A DNA stretch of 64,000 nt from Rickettsia typhi (GCA_945901265.1 CAMDJZ010000005.1:856-64855), one strand, 5' to 3'. Numbered from the stretch's first letter, positions 10,284 to 21,256 are shown. The notes: generated by a model from the sequence alone, not told the origin. Made by a program: numbers and translations.

Positions 10284-10889
10284 TTACATTTCGTTGCGGG
10301 TTTTCATGGCAATTGTAATGGTTCCTTCATCAAGATAATCAAGTTCGCTTCCAACGGGTATTCCATGAGCCAATCGCGATATTTTTACATTATAATCTTT
10401 TAATATTTCTGCTAAAAAATGTGCAGTTGTTTGTCCATCAATTGTTGCGCTAGTAGCAATAATAACTTCAATTACTTTTTTATCTTTGAGGCGATTTAGT
10501 AACTTATCAAAATTTAAATCTTCTATAGACTGCCCTGCACTAGCTGATAATTTTCCACCCAAAATATGATATTTACCACGAAAATTTTTTGACTTTTCAT
10601 TAGTTCGCTCAATTGCCCATAAGTCAGCAACCTCTTCAACAACGCAGATTATCGAATCATCGCGATTTAAATCTAAGCAAATTTGACAAATATTTCCCTC
10701 ATCTAAATTATCACATATTTGGCAATGATTAATTTTTTCGTTAAGCTGTTGCAGAGCTTTAATTAATGGCAATAAAATTTTTTCCTTATTATTCGCTAAA
10801 TATAAAACGATACGCTTAGCAATTCTTGGCCCCATACCTGGTAATTTAGCAATAATTTTAGTTAAATTTTCGATGACATTTTGATGCAT
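10284..10889 (-). CDS. recR: Recombination protein RecR
   Basis: LPGMGPRIAKRI helix-hairpin-helix, a C4 zinc finger (CQICDN...CQIC) and a Toprim region. Confidence 0.93.
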   Translation of the reverse strand: MHQNVIENLTKIIAKLPGMGPRIAKRIVLYLANNKEKILLPLIKALQQLNEKINHCQICDNLDEGNICQICLDLNRDDSIICVVEEVADLWAIERTNEKSKNFRGKYHILGGKLSASAGQSIEDLNFDKLLNRLKDKKVIEVIIATSATIDGQTTAHFLAEILKDYNVKISRLAHGIPVGSELDYLDEGTITIAMKTRNEM

Positions 10890-10923
10890 TTTTTTTACTA
10901 ATTTGATTTAATTAAGGATAAAA

Positions 10924-12180
10924 TTATTTCCTTATTGCGCATATTGCTTGTACTTGATATTTAAATGTTGTTAGCTGTTCTAATCCAACTGGACCTCGTG
11001 CATGAAGCTTGCCAGTTGCAATTCCAACTTCCGCTCCCATACCAAACTCATAACCATCGGCAAATTGAGTGGAAGCATTATGCATAACAATTGCCGAATT
11101 AACTTCTTTTAAAAATTTTTGAGCAATTTTATTATCTTCGGTAATAATAGATTCAGTATGTGAAGAGCCATATTTAGAAATATGAAAAATTGCATCATCA
11201 CAATTTTTGACAATTTTAACTGCTAAAATTTTATCTAAAAATTCCGTATAAAAATCATCTTCACTGGCAAGAAATATTCTTTTGTCTGTTAAGCAAGATG
11301 AGTCATCTCCACGAACTTCACAACCTGCTTGCGATAAATCATCGACAATTAATGGTAAAATTTGTGAAGCAATTGCTGAATCAATAAGAAGAGTCTCGGT
11401 TGCTCCGCAAATACTAACGCGACGCATTTTGGCGTTAAATAAAATTTTTCGTGCCTTATCCAAATCAGCATTTGTGTGAATATAAGTATGGCAATTCCCA
11501 TCAAGATGGTTAAGGGTCGCTATATTGCAATTTTCAACAATTGATTTGATAAGATTTTTTCCGCCTCGTGGAATTACTACATCAATGAATTTATTCATTT
11601 TAAGTAATTGATTAAGCGTATCATAGTTCGAATCTTCAACGAAGATAATAATATTTTGATTTAAACCATTTTTTGAAAGGGCTTCGCGAAATAGATCAGC
11701 AATAAATTTTGAACTGTTATAACAATCACTACTTGATCGAAGAATAACTGCATTACCTGACTTTAATGCTAATGCCGAAATATCGCATGTAACATTGGGA
11801 CGAGCCTCATAAATTGCCAATAAAACACCTATTGGAATTGATATACGCTTAATATGTAAACCGTTTTCCAATTGAGTTTCAAATAGAATTTTATCAACAG
11901 GGTCGGGAAGTTTGATTATTTCAGCAAGAGTTACAATCAATGAATTTATTTTATTTTGATCTAATTTTAATCGATCAATTTTAGAAGAGTCTAATTGTTT
12001 TTTTAATGCAAAACTTAGATCTAACTCATTAGCTTGTAGTAATTGCTGAGAATTTTTAGTTATTAAATTTATGACATCTCTTAAAATATTATTCTTAATT
12101 TCCAAACTGGCACTAGCTATTTCTTTACTTGCTTGTTGAGCAGACTGACATATTTGTAAAATATAATTTTTTGAGTTCAT
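10924..12180 (-). CDS. proA: Glutamate-5-semialdehyde dehydrogenase (gamma-glutamyl phosphate reductase)
   Basis: 418 aa. Motifs IYEARPNVT, VIPRGG, HTESIIT and ASTQFADGYEFG. Confidence 0.92.
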   Translation of the reverse strand: MNSKNYILQICQSAQQASKEIASASLEIKNNILRDVINLITKNSQQLLQANELDLSFALKKQLDSSKIDRLKLDQNKINSLIVTLAEIIKLPDPVDKILFETQLENGLHIKRISIPIGVLLAIYEARPNVTCDISALALKSGNAVILRSSSDCYNSSKFIADLFREALSKNGLNQNIIIFVEDSNYDTLNQLLKMNKFIDVVIPRGGKNLIKSIVENCNIATLNHLDGNCHTYIHTNADLDKARKILFNAKMRRVSICGATETLLIDSAIASQILPLIVDDLSQAGCEVRGDDSSCLTDKRIFLASEDDFYTEFLDKILAVKIVKNCDDAIFHISKYGSSHTESIITEDNKIAQKFLKEVNSAIVMHNASTQFADGYEFGMGAEVGIATGKLHARGPVGLEQLTTFKYQVQAICAIRK

Positions 12181-12308
12181 GGATAATTAAGGTATATTGC
12201 GCAGAAGTTATAAATAAAGTTAAGTAAGTTATAACTTAAATAAGTTACTAGAGTTAATTATAAACTATTATTATGATTAATAATAATTAAAAGTCTTAAT
12301 AATTTTAG

Positions 12309-13598
12309 TTAAAACATTTTCTTATTAAATTTTTGGAATTCTAAAATCAAATTAAGAAAGTCATTAAACAAATAAAAGCTATCGCTTGGACCTGGTGAGC
12401 TTTCTGGATGATACTGAACACAAAATGCTGGTGAATCCTTGACTCTCAATCCTTCAATAGTTTTATCAAAAAGTGAAATATGAGTAATTTCAACATTACT
12501 GGGTAATGTTTTCTCATCTACACAAAAACCATGATTTTGACTCGTAATTTCTACTTTATTGGTTATTAAATTTTTTACAGGATGATTAGCTCCGCGATGA
12601 CCTTGAGCCATTTTAATAGTTTTGCCACCAAGCGCTAGAGCTATTAATTGATGACCCAGGCAAATTCCAAATAAGGGGATTTTCGCAGAAAGAATTTTTT
12701 TGATTACCTCATTAGTGTATTTTGCTGTTTGCGCAGGATCACCTGGACCATTAGATAAAAAAATGCCATCAGGTTTAAATGATAAAATTTCTTCAAAACT
12801 TGCTTTAGCACCTACCACTTCAACATCTATCCCAAGTTGCGTTAAACAGCGTAAAATGTTTAGTTTAGCACCAAAATCAATTGCCACAACTTTTAATGTA
12901 TTTTTGGTTTTATCAAGTTTTTTAATTGCCTCATATGAATTTAATTCAACATTCCACAATCCTTGATTTCCCCAATTATAGTTTTTATTTTCACTGGCGA
13001 TTGACGCTAGTTCAACACCTTGGAGATTGGGTTTGCTATTAATTTCCTTGATGGTTTTTTCTATATCAGTTTTGTTAATTTCTTCATCTTGATAAATTAT
13101 TGCAACTGTGTTAGCACCAGATTGGCGAATTTTTTTGGTTATTGCGCGCGTGTCAACATTTGCTATGCCAGTTAAATTATTTTTTATAAGAAAATTTTCG
13201 AAATGGCTATTAGCGCGATAATTGGAAGGATTGGTAACTAGCTCACGAACAATCAAACCTTTTGCTCTAACCTGTTTAGATTCAATATCATCATCATTTA
13301 CTCCGACATTGCCAATATGAGGAAATGTAAAATTTATTATTTGCCCTGAATATGAGGGATCGGTTATAATTTCTTGATAACCAGTTATTGAGGTATTAAA
13401 GCAAATTTCGCCTGTTATTTTACCCATTTTGCCAATTCCATATCCATAAAAACATTCGGAATCTGGAAAAATTAATACAGCATTTTTATTTTTGTTAACA
13501 ATTAATCGATTATTAAATAAATCAACGCTCTGTTGTTGAGATATATTATTTTTTAAATTAACTTGATTTTTGTTAACTTTTGAATTTGAATTTTTCAT
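12309..13598 (-). CDS. carA: Carbamoyl-phosphate synthase small (glutaminase) subunit
   Basis: TGYQEIITDPSY, the GATase motif GICLGHQL and QYHPE. It has an Asn/Lys-rich N-terminal extension of roughly 35 aa. Confidence 0.92.
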   Translation of the reverse strand: MKNSNSKVNKNQVNLKNNISQQQSVDLFNNRLIVNKNKNAVLIFPDSECFYGYGIGKMGKITGEICFNTSITGYQEIITDPSYSGQIINFTFPHIGNVGVNDDDIESKQVRAKGLIVRELVTNPSNYRANSHFENFLIKNNLTGIANVDTRAITKKIRQSGANTVAIIYQDEEINKTDIEKTIKEINSKPNLQGVELASIASENKNYNWGNQGLWNVELNSYEAIKKLDKTKNTLKVVAIDFGAKLNILRCLTQLGIDVEVVGAKASFEEILSFKPDGIFLSNGPGDPAQTAKYTNEVIKKILSAKIPLFGICLGHQLIALALGGKTIKMAQGHRGANHPVKNLITNKVEITSQNHGFCVDEKTLPSNVEITHISLFDKTIEGLRVKDSPAFCVQYHPESSPGPSDSFYLFNDFLNLILEFQKFNKKMF

Positions 13599-13679
13599 TG
13601 CTAAAATTTAATCGATGACTTTGTTTTTTTTACATTTTAAAATCTTGATCTAAAATCTGCAATCATCAAATTTAATTTT

Positions 13680-14228
13680 ATGAAAAAAAAATCGTTAAAT
13701 ACCGAACATAAAGCAAAATTATTTCCAAAAAAATCTCCTAATAAATTAAAAACCAGCTCGCAATTAAATAATAGCAATCTTTCAAGCAATTTGATTCTTG
13801 GGAAGCCAACAAATTATCAACTTTCTTCGCCCGATATTAATCTGCTTCAAAGCGTTAATAATCCTCATCTAGATGTTGATTATGTAATTCGTTTTTCATG
13901 TCCCGAATTTACATCTCTTTGCCCAATAACTTCGCAACCAGATTTTGCTCACCTCATTATTGAATATGTTGCCGAATTAAAAATAATCGAAAGCAAATCA
14001 TTAAAACTTTATCTTTTTTCATTTAGAAATCACGGCGCATTTCACGAAGATTGCTCGATTAGAATAGCTAAGGATTTAATTAAGGTTTGCAAACCTAAAT
14101 GGCTTAGGCTAAGCGGATTTTGGTTTCCGCGCGGCGGAATACCAATCGACATTTTTTTTCAAAGTGGATTACCTCCCAAAAATATCTTTATAAATGATAA
14201 CCCATCCTACAATTACAAACCTCGCTAA
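13680..14228 (+). CDS. queF: NADPH-dependent 7-cyano-7-deazaguanine reductase (preQ0 reductase)
   Basis: CPEFTSLCPITSQPDFA and ESKSLKLYL motifs. It has a low-complexity N-terminal extension of roughly 60 aa. Confidence 0.88.
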   Translation: MKKKSLNTEHKAKLFPKKSPNKLKTSSQLNNSNLSSNLILGKPTNYQLSSPDINLLQSVNNPHLDVDYVIRFSCPEFTSLCPITSQPDFAHLIIEYVAELKIIESKSLKLYLFSFRNHGAFHEDCSIRIAKDLIKVCKPKWLRLSGFWFPRGGIPIDIFFQSGLPPKNIFINDNPSYNYKPR

Positions 14229-15086
14229 ATGTTATCTTATCTTAATTTTACTACTCCAATTCATCTACCGCAATTTGATCCAAGCATATTTTCAATATTT
14301 GGATTTTCAGTTCGGTGGTACTCACTAGCTTATGTTATTGGCGTCTTATTTTGTTATTTTTTTGTAAAAAAACAAAATCACCAACGTCATTTTATGACTA
14401 TTGAAGCAGAGGAAAATTTTATAACTTATGTAATTTTTTCAATAATTTTGGGCGGAAGATTTGGCTATGTTTTCTTTTATAATTTTAGCTATTATTTTGA
14501 GCATCCATTGCAGATATTTGCATTCTGGCATGGCGGTATGTCTTTTCATGGTGGACTTGCAGGAGTTATTTTGGGAATGTTTTTATTTACAAAAAAATAT
14601 AAAATTAAATTTTTACTACTAACTGATTTATTGGCAATAAGTTCACCAATTGGAATATTTCTGGGACGAATTGCAAATTTTATAAATTTAGAATTATATG
14701 GTAGAGTTACTGATTCTAAGTTTGGCATGATATTCCCAAATGCTGGTTCTTTACCTCGTCATCCAAGTCAACTATATGAGGCAGGACTCGAAGGTCTATT
14801 AATGTTTATAATATTATTTTCATTTTTTACTTTTACTAAAATTAGAAATTATTATGGTGTATTGAGCGGAGCTTTCCTAGCGCTTTACGGAATATTTAGA
14901 ATATTCATTGAAAATTTTCGTCAACCTGATGATCAAATTGGCTTTATTTTTAATACAATTACTATGGGTCAAGCCTTATCGACCCCGTTAATTATTTCTG
15001 GATTAGGGATTATTTTTTTTGCATTTCGCATTTCATTTAAAAAAATAATATTCAATTTTTTAATTTTATTAAAAAAAAAATCCTAA
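14229..15086 (+). CDS. lgt: Prolipoprotein diacylglyceryl transferase
   Basis: VRWYSLAYVIG, HGGLAGVILG, GRIANFINLELYGR and HPSQLYE motifs. Confidence 0.93.
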   Translation: MLSYLNFTTPIHLPQFDPSIFSIFGFSVRWYSLAYVIGVLFCYFFVKKQNHQRHFMTIEAEENFITYVIFSIILGGRFGYVFFYNFSYYFEHPLQIFAFWHGGMSFHGGLAGVILGMFLFTKKYKIKFLLLTDLLAISSPIGIFLGRIANFINLELYGRVTDSKFGMIFPNAGSLPRHPSQLYEAGLEGLLMFIILFSFFTFTKIRNYYGVLSGAFLALYGIFRIFIENFRQPDDQIGFIFNTITMGQALSTPLIISGLGIIFFAFRISFKKIIFNFLILLKKKS

Positions 15087-15384
15087 AATAATTAACTTTA
15101 TTTCAAAAAATATTGGCTTTTTGGCATTTATTTTTTTTTAAAAAAATATAATATTTTACTTGCCAAAAATTACAATCCTTATTTCATTGATTTTAGACTA
15201 TAACATATCACTTGAGACCTAGAAAATATTACAGCCAATTTAAGAATATAAATTCCTCATTACTTAAAATTAAGCCCATAGGGTGTCAATATATTTATTT
15301 TTTATACCTAAAAATAAATTGCTTTACTGCTTAAAAAAAAATAACGATTATATAACAAGATTAAACAAAACAAAATTTAAAAAA

Positions 15385-15813
15385 ATGTCAATTCAAGTTA
15401 TCGATTCCTTAAACGCTTACGATATGTTAAGAAATGATAAAAATTCTTTGTTAATTGATGTTCGCACTACTGAAGAATTTAATTTGGTAGGAATTGTCGA
15501 TTCGTCAAACTTCAATAATAGAATGATTTTATTGCCTTGGCAATACTATCAAGACGGTGAAATGAACCAAGATTTTTTATCAACTTTAAATACAAATTTG
15601 AATAATTTTTTTAAAGAAAATCTCAATGATATTAATCTAATTTTTATATGCCGAAGCGGATCAAGATCATTTAATGCTAGTAATTACATTGCAAATAATG
15701 GTTATAAAAATTGTTTTAATATCAGTGATGGTTTTGAAGGAGCGATCGACAAAAACCATCAAAGAAGTAAAATTAATGGTTGGAAATATAACAATTTACC
15801 ATGGAAACAATAA
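15385..15813 (+). CDS. Rhodanese-like domain protein
   Basis: LIDVRTTEEF and CRSGSRS active-site loop. The ORF track opens at a GTG at 15283. The in-frame ATG at 15385 (MSIQVID...) is the more plausible start. Confidence 0.7.
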   Translation: MSIQVIDSLNAYDMLRNDKNSLLIDVRTTEEFNLVGIVDSSNFNNRMILLPWQYYQDGEMNQDFLSTLNTNLNNFFKENLNDINLIFICRSGSRSFNASNYIANNGYKNCFNISDGFEGAIDKNHQRSKINGWKYNNLPWKQ

Positions 15814-17246
15814 TGATTTTAACTCAACCAAAAGCAAACGTGTCACAAAATACATTAGATAACGATTCAAATAACAATCTCACTGACTTTTTTGCATTTT
15901 GTCAAAATCATTTTGGTATAGAAATATACAAAAAATGGTTTACAAATATAGAAATATTTAGCCATAGCAATAGTGAAATTATTATTAAATGTCCTTCAAA
16001 ATTTGAAAGGGATTGGTTAAATCGTGAATTTTTTCAAAGTAAAGTTTTTAAAAATTCATTACATAAAAAACTTCCACAATTACTAAAAGTATCAGCAATT
16101 TTCGTCGCCAAAGAGGAAGATTCTGAAAGCTCTTCAAGAATTGATAAATCCAGCAAAAGCCCTAGCAAAATTTTAAATTTATCAAAATATCAAAATATTT
16201 TTGCATTCGGAACGGAGCTAAATTCTAAATATATTTTTGAAAATTTTGTTAGCACTAAATACAATAAAATGGCTTTGTCAATGGCTAAAATTGTCGCTGG
16301 AATTGGCGATAAAAAAGATTTATTTAAAGAAAAAATTCCTTTTTTTATCCATGGCTCAGTTGGAATGGGTAAAACCCATTTGGCACAAGCAATTGCTTGG
16401 CAAATTCAAAATTCAGATAGTTCGAAAAAAGTCGTTTATCTTTCTGCAGAAAAATTTATGTATCACTTCGTTCAATCAATTCGTAGCAATGATGTAATGA
16501 GCTTTAAAGAAAAAATGCGCTCGATTGATGTTTTGATTGTTGATGATGTGCAATTTATTGCTGGCAAAGAAAGCACTCAGCAAGAATTCATGAACTGCTT
16601 TAATTCTCTTGTTGAAGATAATAAGCAAGTTGTTTTAGTTTGCGATCGTTGCCCTTTAGATTTAGAAAAAATTGATGAAAAACTAAAATCAAGAATTTCT
16701 GGGGGCATGATTGTTAATTTTAAAAACACCGATTTCTCTGATCGCTTGGAAATTGTTAAATCCAAAGCATCGCAACTTGATGTTGAATTATGTTCTAAAG
16801 TCTTAAACTTTGTTGCTGAGAATATTAAAACTTCAATTCGTGATCTTGATGGTGCATTGAAAAAACTGGTTGCATCGCAAGTTTTCGGCGAAGAAGAAAT
16901 CACTCTTGAAACTGCAAAAAATATTTTATCTAGCTACATAAAAAACAGTAAACAAGAAATTGTAACTATTGAAAAAATTCAAAAAATTGTTGCTGAATTT
17001 TATAATATAAAAATTTCCGAATTAAACTCTGCATCGCGTGTTCGCAATATTGCTAGACCTCGTCAAATCGCTATGTATCTTTCTAAAAAATACACTCAAG
17101 AAAGTTTAACTTCTATAGGCGAAAAATTTGGTAAAAAAAATCACGCAACAGTTATTCACTCAGAAAAGCAGGTAATTGCAATGCTTGATAATAATAAAAT
17201 TCTTGAGGAAATAAAAACAATAGAAGAGAAAATATCATCTAAATAG
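15801..17246 (+). CDS. dnaA: Chromosomal replication initiator protein DnaA
   Basis: Walker A GSVGMGKTHL, Walker B VLIVDDVQF, and a C-terminal DNA-binding region (RPRQIAMYLSKK...GKKNHATVIHS). Confidence 0.95.
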   Translation: METIMILTQPKANVSQNTLDNDSNNNLTDFFAFCQNHFGIEIYKKWFTNIEIFSHSNSEIIIKCPSKFERDWLNREFFQSKVFKNSLHKKLPQLLKVSAIFVAKEEDSESSSRIDKSSKSPSKILNLSKYQNIFAFGTELNSKYIFENFVSTKYNKMALSMAKIVAGIGDKKDLFKEKIPFFIHGSVGMGKTHLAQAIAWQIQNSDSSKKVVYLSAEKFMYHFVQSIRSNDVMSFKEKMRSIDVLIVDDVQFIAGKESTQQEFMNCFNSLVEDNKQVVLVCDRCPLDLEKIDEKLKSRISGGMIVNFKNTDFSDRLEIVKSKASQLDVELCSKVLNFVAENIKTSIRDLDGALKKLVASQVFGEEEITLETAKNILSSYIKNSKQEIVTIEKIQKIVAEFYNIKISELNSASRVRNIARPRQIAMYLSKKYTQESLTSIGEKFGKKNHATVIHSEKQVIAMLDNNKILEEIKTIEEKISSK

Positions 17247-17481
17247 ATGAGGATGTTTTGGCCATTGTTTATCACTTTATCACTTCTTGGTTTCTCAAAA
17301 CTTTTTCTTGGCCAATCTTGAGAAACACTTTTTGTCTTGAATGACATAATTACTTCCCCATTCCCTAAATCTATTGAACCTTATTTTGGAGTTGTTAAAT
17401 AATTTATTTACAACTTCTTAGAGATATAATAAAAGCAAAGTATTTATTAATTATATTATAATTTTATTAATAATATCTAAT

Positions 17482-18882
17482 TTACAAAATATTAGCTATA
17501 AGACTACTTGGTCTTGCTTTAGCAATTTGAACTTCAAGAATTTTTCCAAAATATTCTTCGATATTTCGATTATTTTCTACATCAACAACTACAGATTGGA
17601 GCCATTCACTTTTGCCCCATAATTGTCTAACAAAATTGGAATTTGTTGAATTTTCATTTAAAATCTGTTGAGATTTTTGCACTGATTTAGGTGCCTCTTT
17701 TTCAAATAAAACCTTAACTTTTCGACCTTCAAATTGTTGATTAAATTTAGTTTGCTGTTTGGTTAGCAGTGTTTGCAGGATTGCCAATCTTTCATCTTTT
17801 TCCTCTTCTAAGATTTGATGTTTTGAATCTGCTGAAGGCGTACCTTGGCGAGGTGAATATTTAAATGAATAGCATTGAGTAAATCCAATTTTTTCTACTA
17901 AATCAATCGTATCGTAAAAATCCTTTTTTGTTTCACCTGGAAATCCTACAATAAAATCTGATGATAAGGCGATATCAGGCCTAACATTCCTAAGTTTATC
18001 AATAATTTTAAAATAATCTTCACGCTGATGTTTTCGATTCATAGCTTGCAAAATATTATTGGACCCAGATTGAACTGGCAGATGAAGAAAAGGCATTAAT
18101 TTATCAATATCGCGATGGGCATTTATTAAATCATCACCCATATCACGCGGATGAGATGTAGTATAGCGAATACGCTCTATTTCCTTAATTCCAGCAATTT
18201 TTTCAATGATCAAAGCTAATGAAAAATCATTACCATTTTCATCTTTAGCTTTATAAGCATTAACATTTTGACCGAGTAAATAAATTTCTTTTACTCCGCT
18301 ATCAACATTGCGCAAAACCTCATCATAAATTTGCTTAACATCACGACAATATTCCGCTCCGCGCGTGTAAGGAACAACACAAAAAGTACAAAATTTATCA
18401 CAACCTTCTTGTACCGTAATAAATGAACTAACATTAACACCAGCTCTTGGCGCAACTAAATTATCAAATTTTTCATTAGCAACAAATTCTAAATTCATTT
18501 CGCGAGTCTTATGGCGCAAAACTTTACCAAGTAAATCAGGGAGAGTTTGGTAGCTTTCTGGTCCAACGATAATGTCTGGAGTTTTAGATCTTTTAAAAAT
18601 TTCTTCACCTTCGGCTTGAGCTACGCAACCTGCTACTACAACAATCATTTCTTGTTTCTGAGCAAGTTTCTTTTCCTTGATTTTTTGGAATCTCCCTAAA
18701 TCAGAAAATAATTTCTCACTGGCTTTTTCACGAATATGACATGTGTTGATGATAACCATATTGGCATCATTTTCATCATTAGTATTTTCATATCCACAAG
18801 CATTCATTAAATCCTGCATACGATTTGAATCGTAAACATTCATTTGACAACCGTAAGTTTTAACAAATAATTTTTTGGTCAT
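17482..18882 (-). CDS. miaB: tRNA (N6-isopentenyl adenosine(37)-C2)-methylthiotransferase
   Basis: The VKTYGCQMNVYDS N-terminus, a radical-SAM CDKFCTFC motif and a TRAM-like C-terminus. Confidence 0.93.
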   Translation of the reverse strand: MTKKLFVKTYGCQMNVYDSNRMQDLMNACGYENTNDENDANMVIINTCHIREKASEKLFSDLGRFQKIKEKKLAQKQEMIVVVAGCVAQAEGEEIFKRSKTPDIIVGPESYQTLPDLLGKVLRHKTREMNLEFVANEKFDNLVAPRAGVNVSSFITVQEGCDKFCTFCVVPYTRGAEYCRDVKQIYDEVLRNVDSGVKEIYLLGQNVNAYKAKDENGNDFSLALIIEKIAGIKEIERIRYTTSHPRDMGDDLINAHRDIDKLMPFLHLPVQSGSNNILQAMNRKHQREDYFKIIDKLRNVRPDIALSSDFIVGFPGETKKDFYDTIDLVEKIGFTQCYSFKYSPRQGTPSADSKHQILEEEKDERLAILQTLLTKQQTKFNQQFEGRKVKVLFEKEAPKSVQKSQQILNENSTNSNFVRQLWGKSEWLQSVVVDVENNRNIEEYFGKILEVQIAKARPSSLIANIL

Positions 18883-19017
18883 TTTAATAAAGTAAAAATT
18901 GAGCGAGCATTTATTTTCTAGGATAATATTAGATTGTCTAATAAAATATTCTAGATCTTTTTTTAAATTTTCAAAAAAATAAATTAAGAATATGCCTTTG
19001 AAGTGTTAAAGAATTTA

Positions 19018-19923
19018 TTAGTAAGGAGTGTAGATATTATTATCACTATAGGAAAATGTTTTACGAATTTTCCCTGAAATTTCAGGATAAATTTCATGTG
19101 GTATTTTTTTAAATGCCTTATTCAGTAAAATTTTAGTAAATTGTTCACGCTTAGATGCGCTTGAACAGCCAATTAAAACTGATATAACTCTTACATTGGA
19201 TTTTTTAGCAGCAGCAATTAGATTGAAGCCTGAGACAAAGGTAAAGCCAGTTTTCAAGCCTTCCGAGCCCTGATATTCCTCAAGAATATGATTATGAGTT
19301 TCATATTTTTTATGATTAAATTTATAAAATTTTAATGAAAAAAGATGATAATAATCTGGAAAATTTTTTTTTATTGCAATGGCTAATCTAGCCAGATCAA
19401 GAGCAGTTGTATATTGTGAAATTTCATGCAAGCCACTAGAATTTCTAAAAGAAGTTCGATACATCCCTAATTCCTGGGCCTTGCGATTCATCATGTTAAC
19501 AAATTGCCATTCATCTTTACCTACAATTTCAGCTAAGGCAACTGCAGCTTCATTAAATGAGCGAACAATAACGGAATAAATTGCTTCTCGTACCGTTATT
19601 GTATAACCTTGACGAAGATTAAGAGTATTAACTTTATTAACTTTAGAAATTTCCTCACCACGAGCAGAAATTTTAATTTCAGTATTTAATGAAATATTTT
19701 TTTTTTCAAGTGATTCAAAGGTGAGATAAAGGGTCATTAATTTAACTAAAGAGGCTGGATAAATTATATCATTAGCATTTTTTTCAAGTAAAATATTAAG
19801 ATTCTTTTCTTCAAAAACGACATAAGCATTATTTGGCGAGCAACCTTCAATTTCTTTGGCCGAAGCTAGATTACAAAGAAAAAAAAATATTAAAAATAAT
19901 TTAGATTTATTAAAAAGTTTCAT
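19018..19923 (-). CDS. D-alanyl-D-alanine carboxypeptidase (S11 family penicillin-binding protein)
   Basis: Signal peptide, SxxK (SLVKLMT), an SxN-like motif (SFNEA) and KTG (LKTGFT). Confidence 0.85.
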   Translation of the reverse strand: MKLFNKSKLFLIFFFLCNLASAKEIEGCSPNNAYVVFEEKNLNILLEKNANDIIYPASLVKLMTLYLTFESLEKKNISLNTEIKISARGEEISKVNKVNTLNLRQGYTITVREAIYSVIVRSFNEAAVALAEIVGKDEWQFVNMMNRKAQELGMYRTSFRNSSGLHEISQYTTALDLARLAIAIKKNFPDYYHLFSLKFYKFNHKKYETHNHILEEYQGSEGLKTGFTFVSGFNLIAAAKKSNVRVISVLIGCSSASKREQFTKILLNKAFKKIPHEIYPEISGKIRKTFSYSDNNIYTPY

Positions 19924-21131
19924 TTTTTAAATATTTCGAAAATTGCATTACAGGCTTTTTTACTTGCCGATATATTGGAATTAAGACCCATTTCACTAAG
20001 AGCCAAAGCACAATCAGAAATTTGTTTTTTTCTTAGATTTTCATCGTCAATAAATTTTTTTAATTGCCATAGAATTTTTTTAGAAGAACAATTTTGCTGA
20101 AGTAATTCAGGAATAACTTCGCGATCAACTATTAAATTTATTAGATTTACAAATTTAATTTTAATTAACATTTTAAGAAAAAAATATGTTAAATAATTTA
20201 CTTTGTAACATACAATTATCGGCAATTGAAATAAAGATAATTCAACTGCGTTTGTACCTGATTTAGCAATTCCAAAATCACTGCCAAAAAATAGTGATTC
20301 CTTTTCGTCATTATCAATTAAAACATAAGGTGCCGTTATTTCTTCACTTAATTTTTTAACTAAATTTGCAGTTTTTTTAACAAGTGGAATAGCTATTTTT
20401 AAATTTGGTTTTTCTTTATATAAATCATTAACTGCGCGAATCATTTCAGGAAAAATTTTTGTAACTTCAGAATTCCTACTTCCAGGAGTTAAGCATAATA
20501 AAAAATCATCTTCAAGAATATTATGGTGATTTCGAAATTTTTTTCTAATCTCATCACGCTTAGAAAAATCTGGCGCAGAATCAATTATGGGATGACCTAT
20601 AAAAACAGTCTTTAAGCCGTATTTTTCAAAATAAGGAGGTTCAAATTTCAGGATTGCCAATAGTAAATCATAGAGTTTGGCAATTTTCTTTGCTCGTCCC
20701 TGGCGATAAGCCCAAACTGATGGAGCAATCAAATGAACTTTTTTGATCATCTTTAAATGTTGAATTTTTTTAATTAAACGAAAACAAAAATCTGGAGAGT
20801 CTATAGTAATAACAATTTCTGGTTGATTATACTTAATAAATTCAGCAGTTTGCCTTAGTCTTTTGAAAATTATTGGAAGATGGGGAATTACTTCAACAAT
20901 TCCCATAACCGTTAAATCCTCCATTGGAAAAATAGTTTCAAGGCCTTGGCTTATCATTAATTGTCCACCTACCCCATGAAATTTTGCCGATGGAAATGTT
21001 AATTTTAATTCTTTAATTAATTTTGATCCAAGCAAGTCACCAGATGGTTCAGCTGCTATTACGCAAATTTTTTTAACATCGTAATTTATATTGGAATTGT
21101 TTTTTTCTAATGAAAAATTTTTATTATTCAT
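19920..21131 (-). CDS. lpxB: Lipid-A-disaccharide synthase
   Basis: AAEPSGDLLGSKLI, DSPDF, APSVWAYRQGRAKK and LTPGSRNSE motifs. Confidence 0.92.
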   Translation of the reverse strand: MNNKNFSLEKNNSNINYDVKKICVIAAEPSGDLLGSKLIKELKLTFPSAKFHGVGGQLMISQGLETIFPMEDLTVMGIVEVIPHLPIIFKRLRQTAEFIKYNQPEIVITIDSPDFCFRLIKKIQHLKMIKKVHLIAPSVWAYRQGRAKKIAKLYDLLLAILKFEPPYFEKYGLKTVFIGHPIIDSAPDFSKRDEIRKKFRNHHNILEDDFLLCLTPGSRNSEVTKIFPEMIRAVNDLYKEKPNLKIAIPLVKKTANLVKKLSEEITAPYVLIDNDEKESLFFGSDFGIAKSGTNAVELSLFQLPIIVCYKVNYLTYFFLKMLIKIKFVNLINLIVDREVIPELLQQNCSSKKILWQLKKFIDDENLRKKQISDCALALSEMGLNSNISASKKACNAIFEIFKK

Positions 21132-21256
21132 AAATAAAATTCGTTAATATTTAGTTAAAAATTCATTGCCATAAAATCTTTTTGCTTTATTTTTAATTAT
21201 AATATTTTCAAAACCAATTTATTTTTTCAATTTATTATAATTTAAATAAACAATTT

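Noticed and set aside
15087-15384. oriC adjacent to dnaA
   Set aside because: No DnaA-box cluster, no obvious AT-rich 13-mer-like repeat set beyond the background, and no change in gene-strand bias. Alphaproteobacterial origins are usually not next to dnaA.
17156-17347. 63-aa minus-strand ORF overlapping the 3' end of dnaA
   Set aside because: It overlaps the dnaA coding sequence antisense, and it has no motif or partner context.
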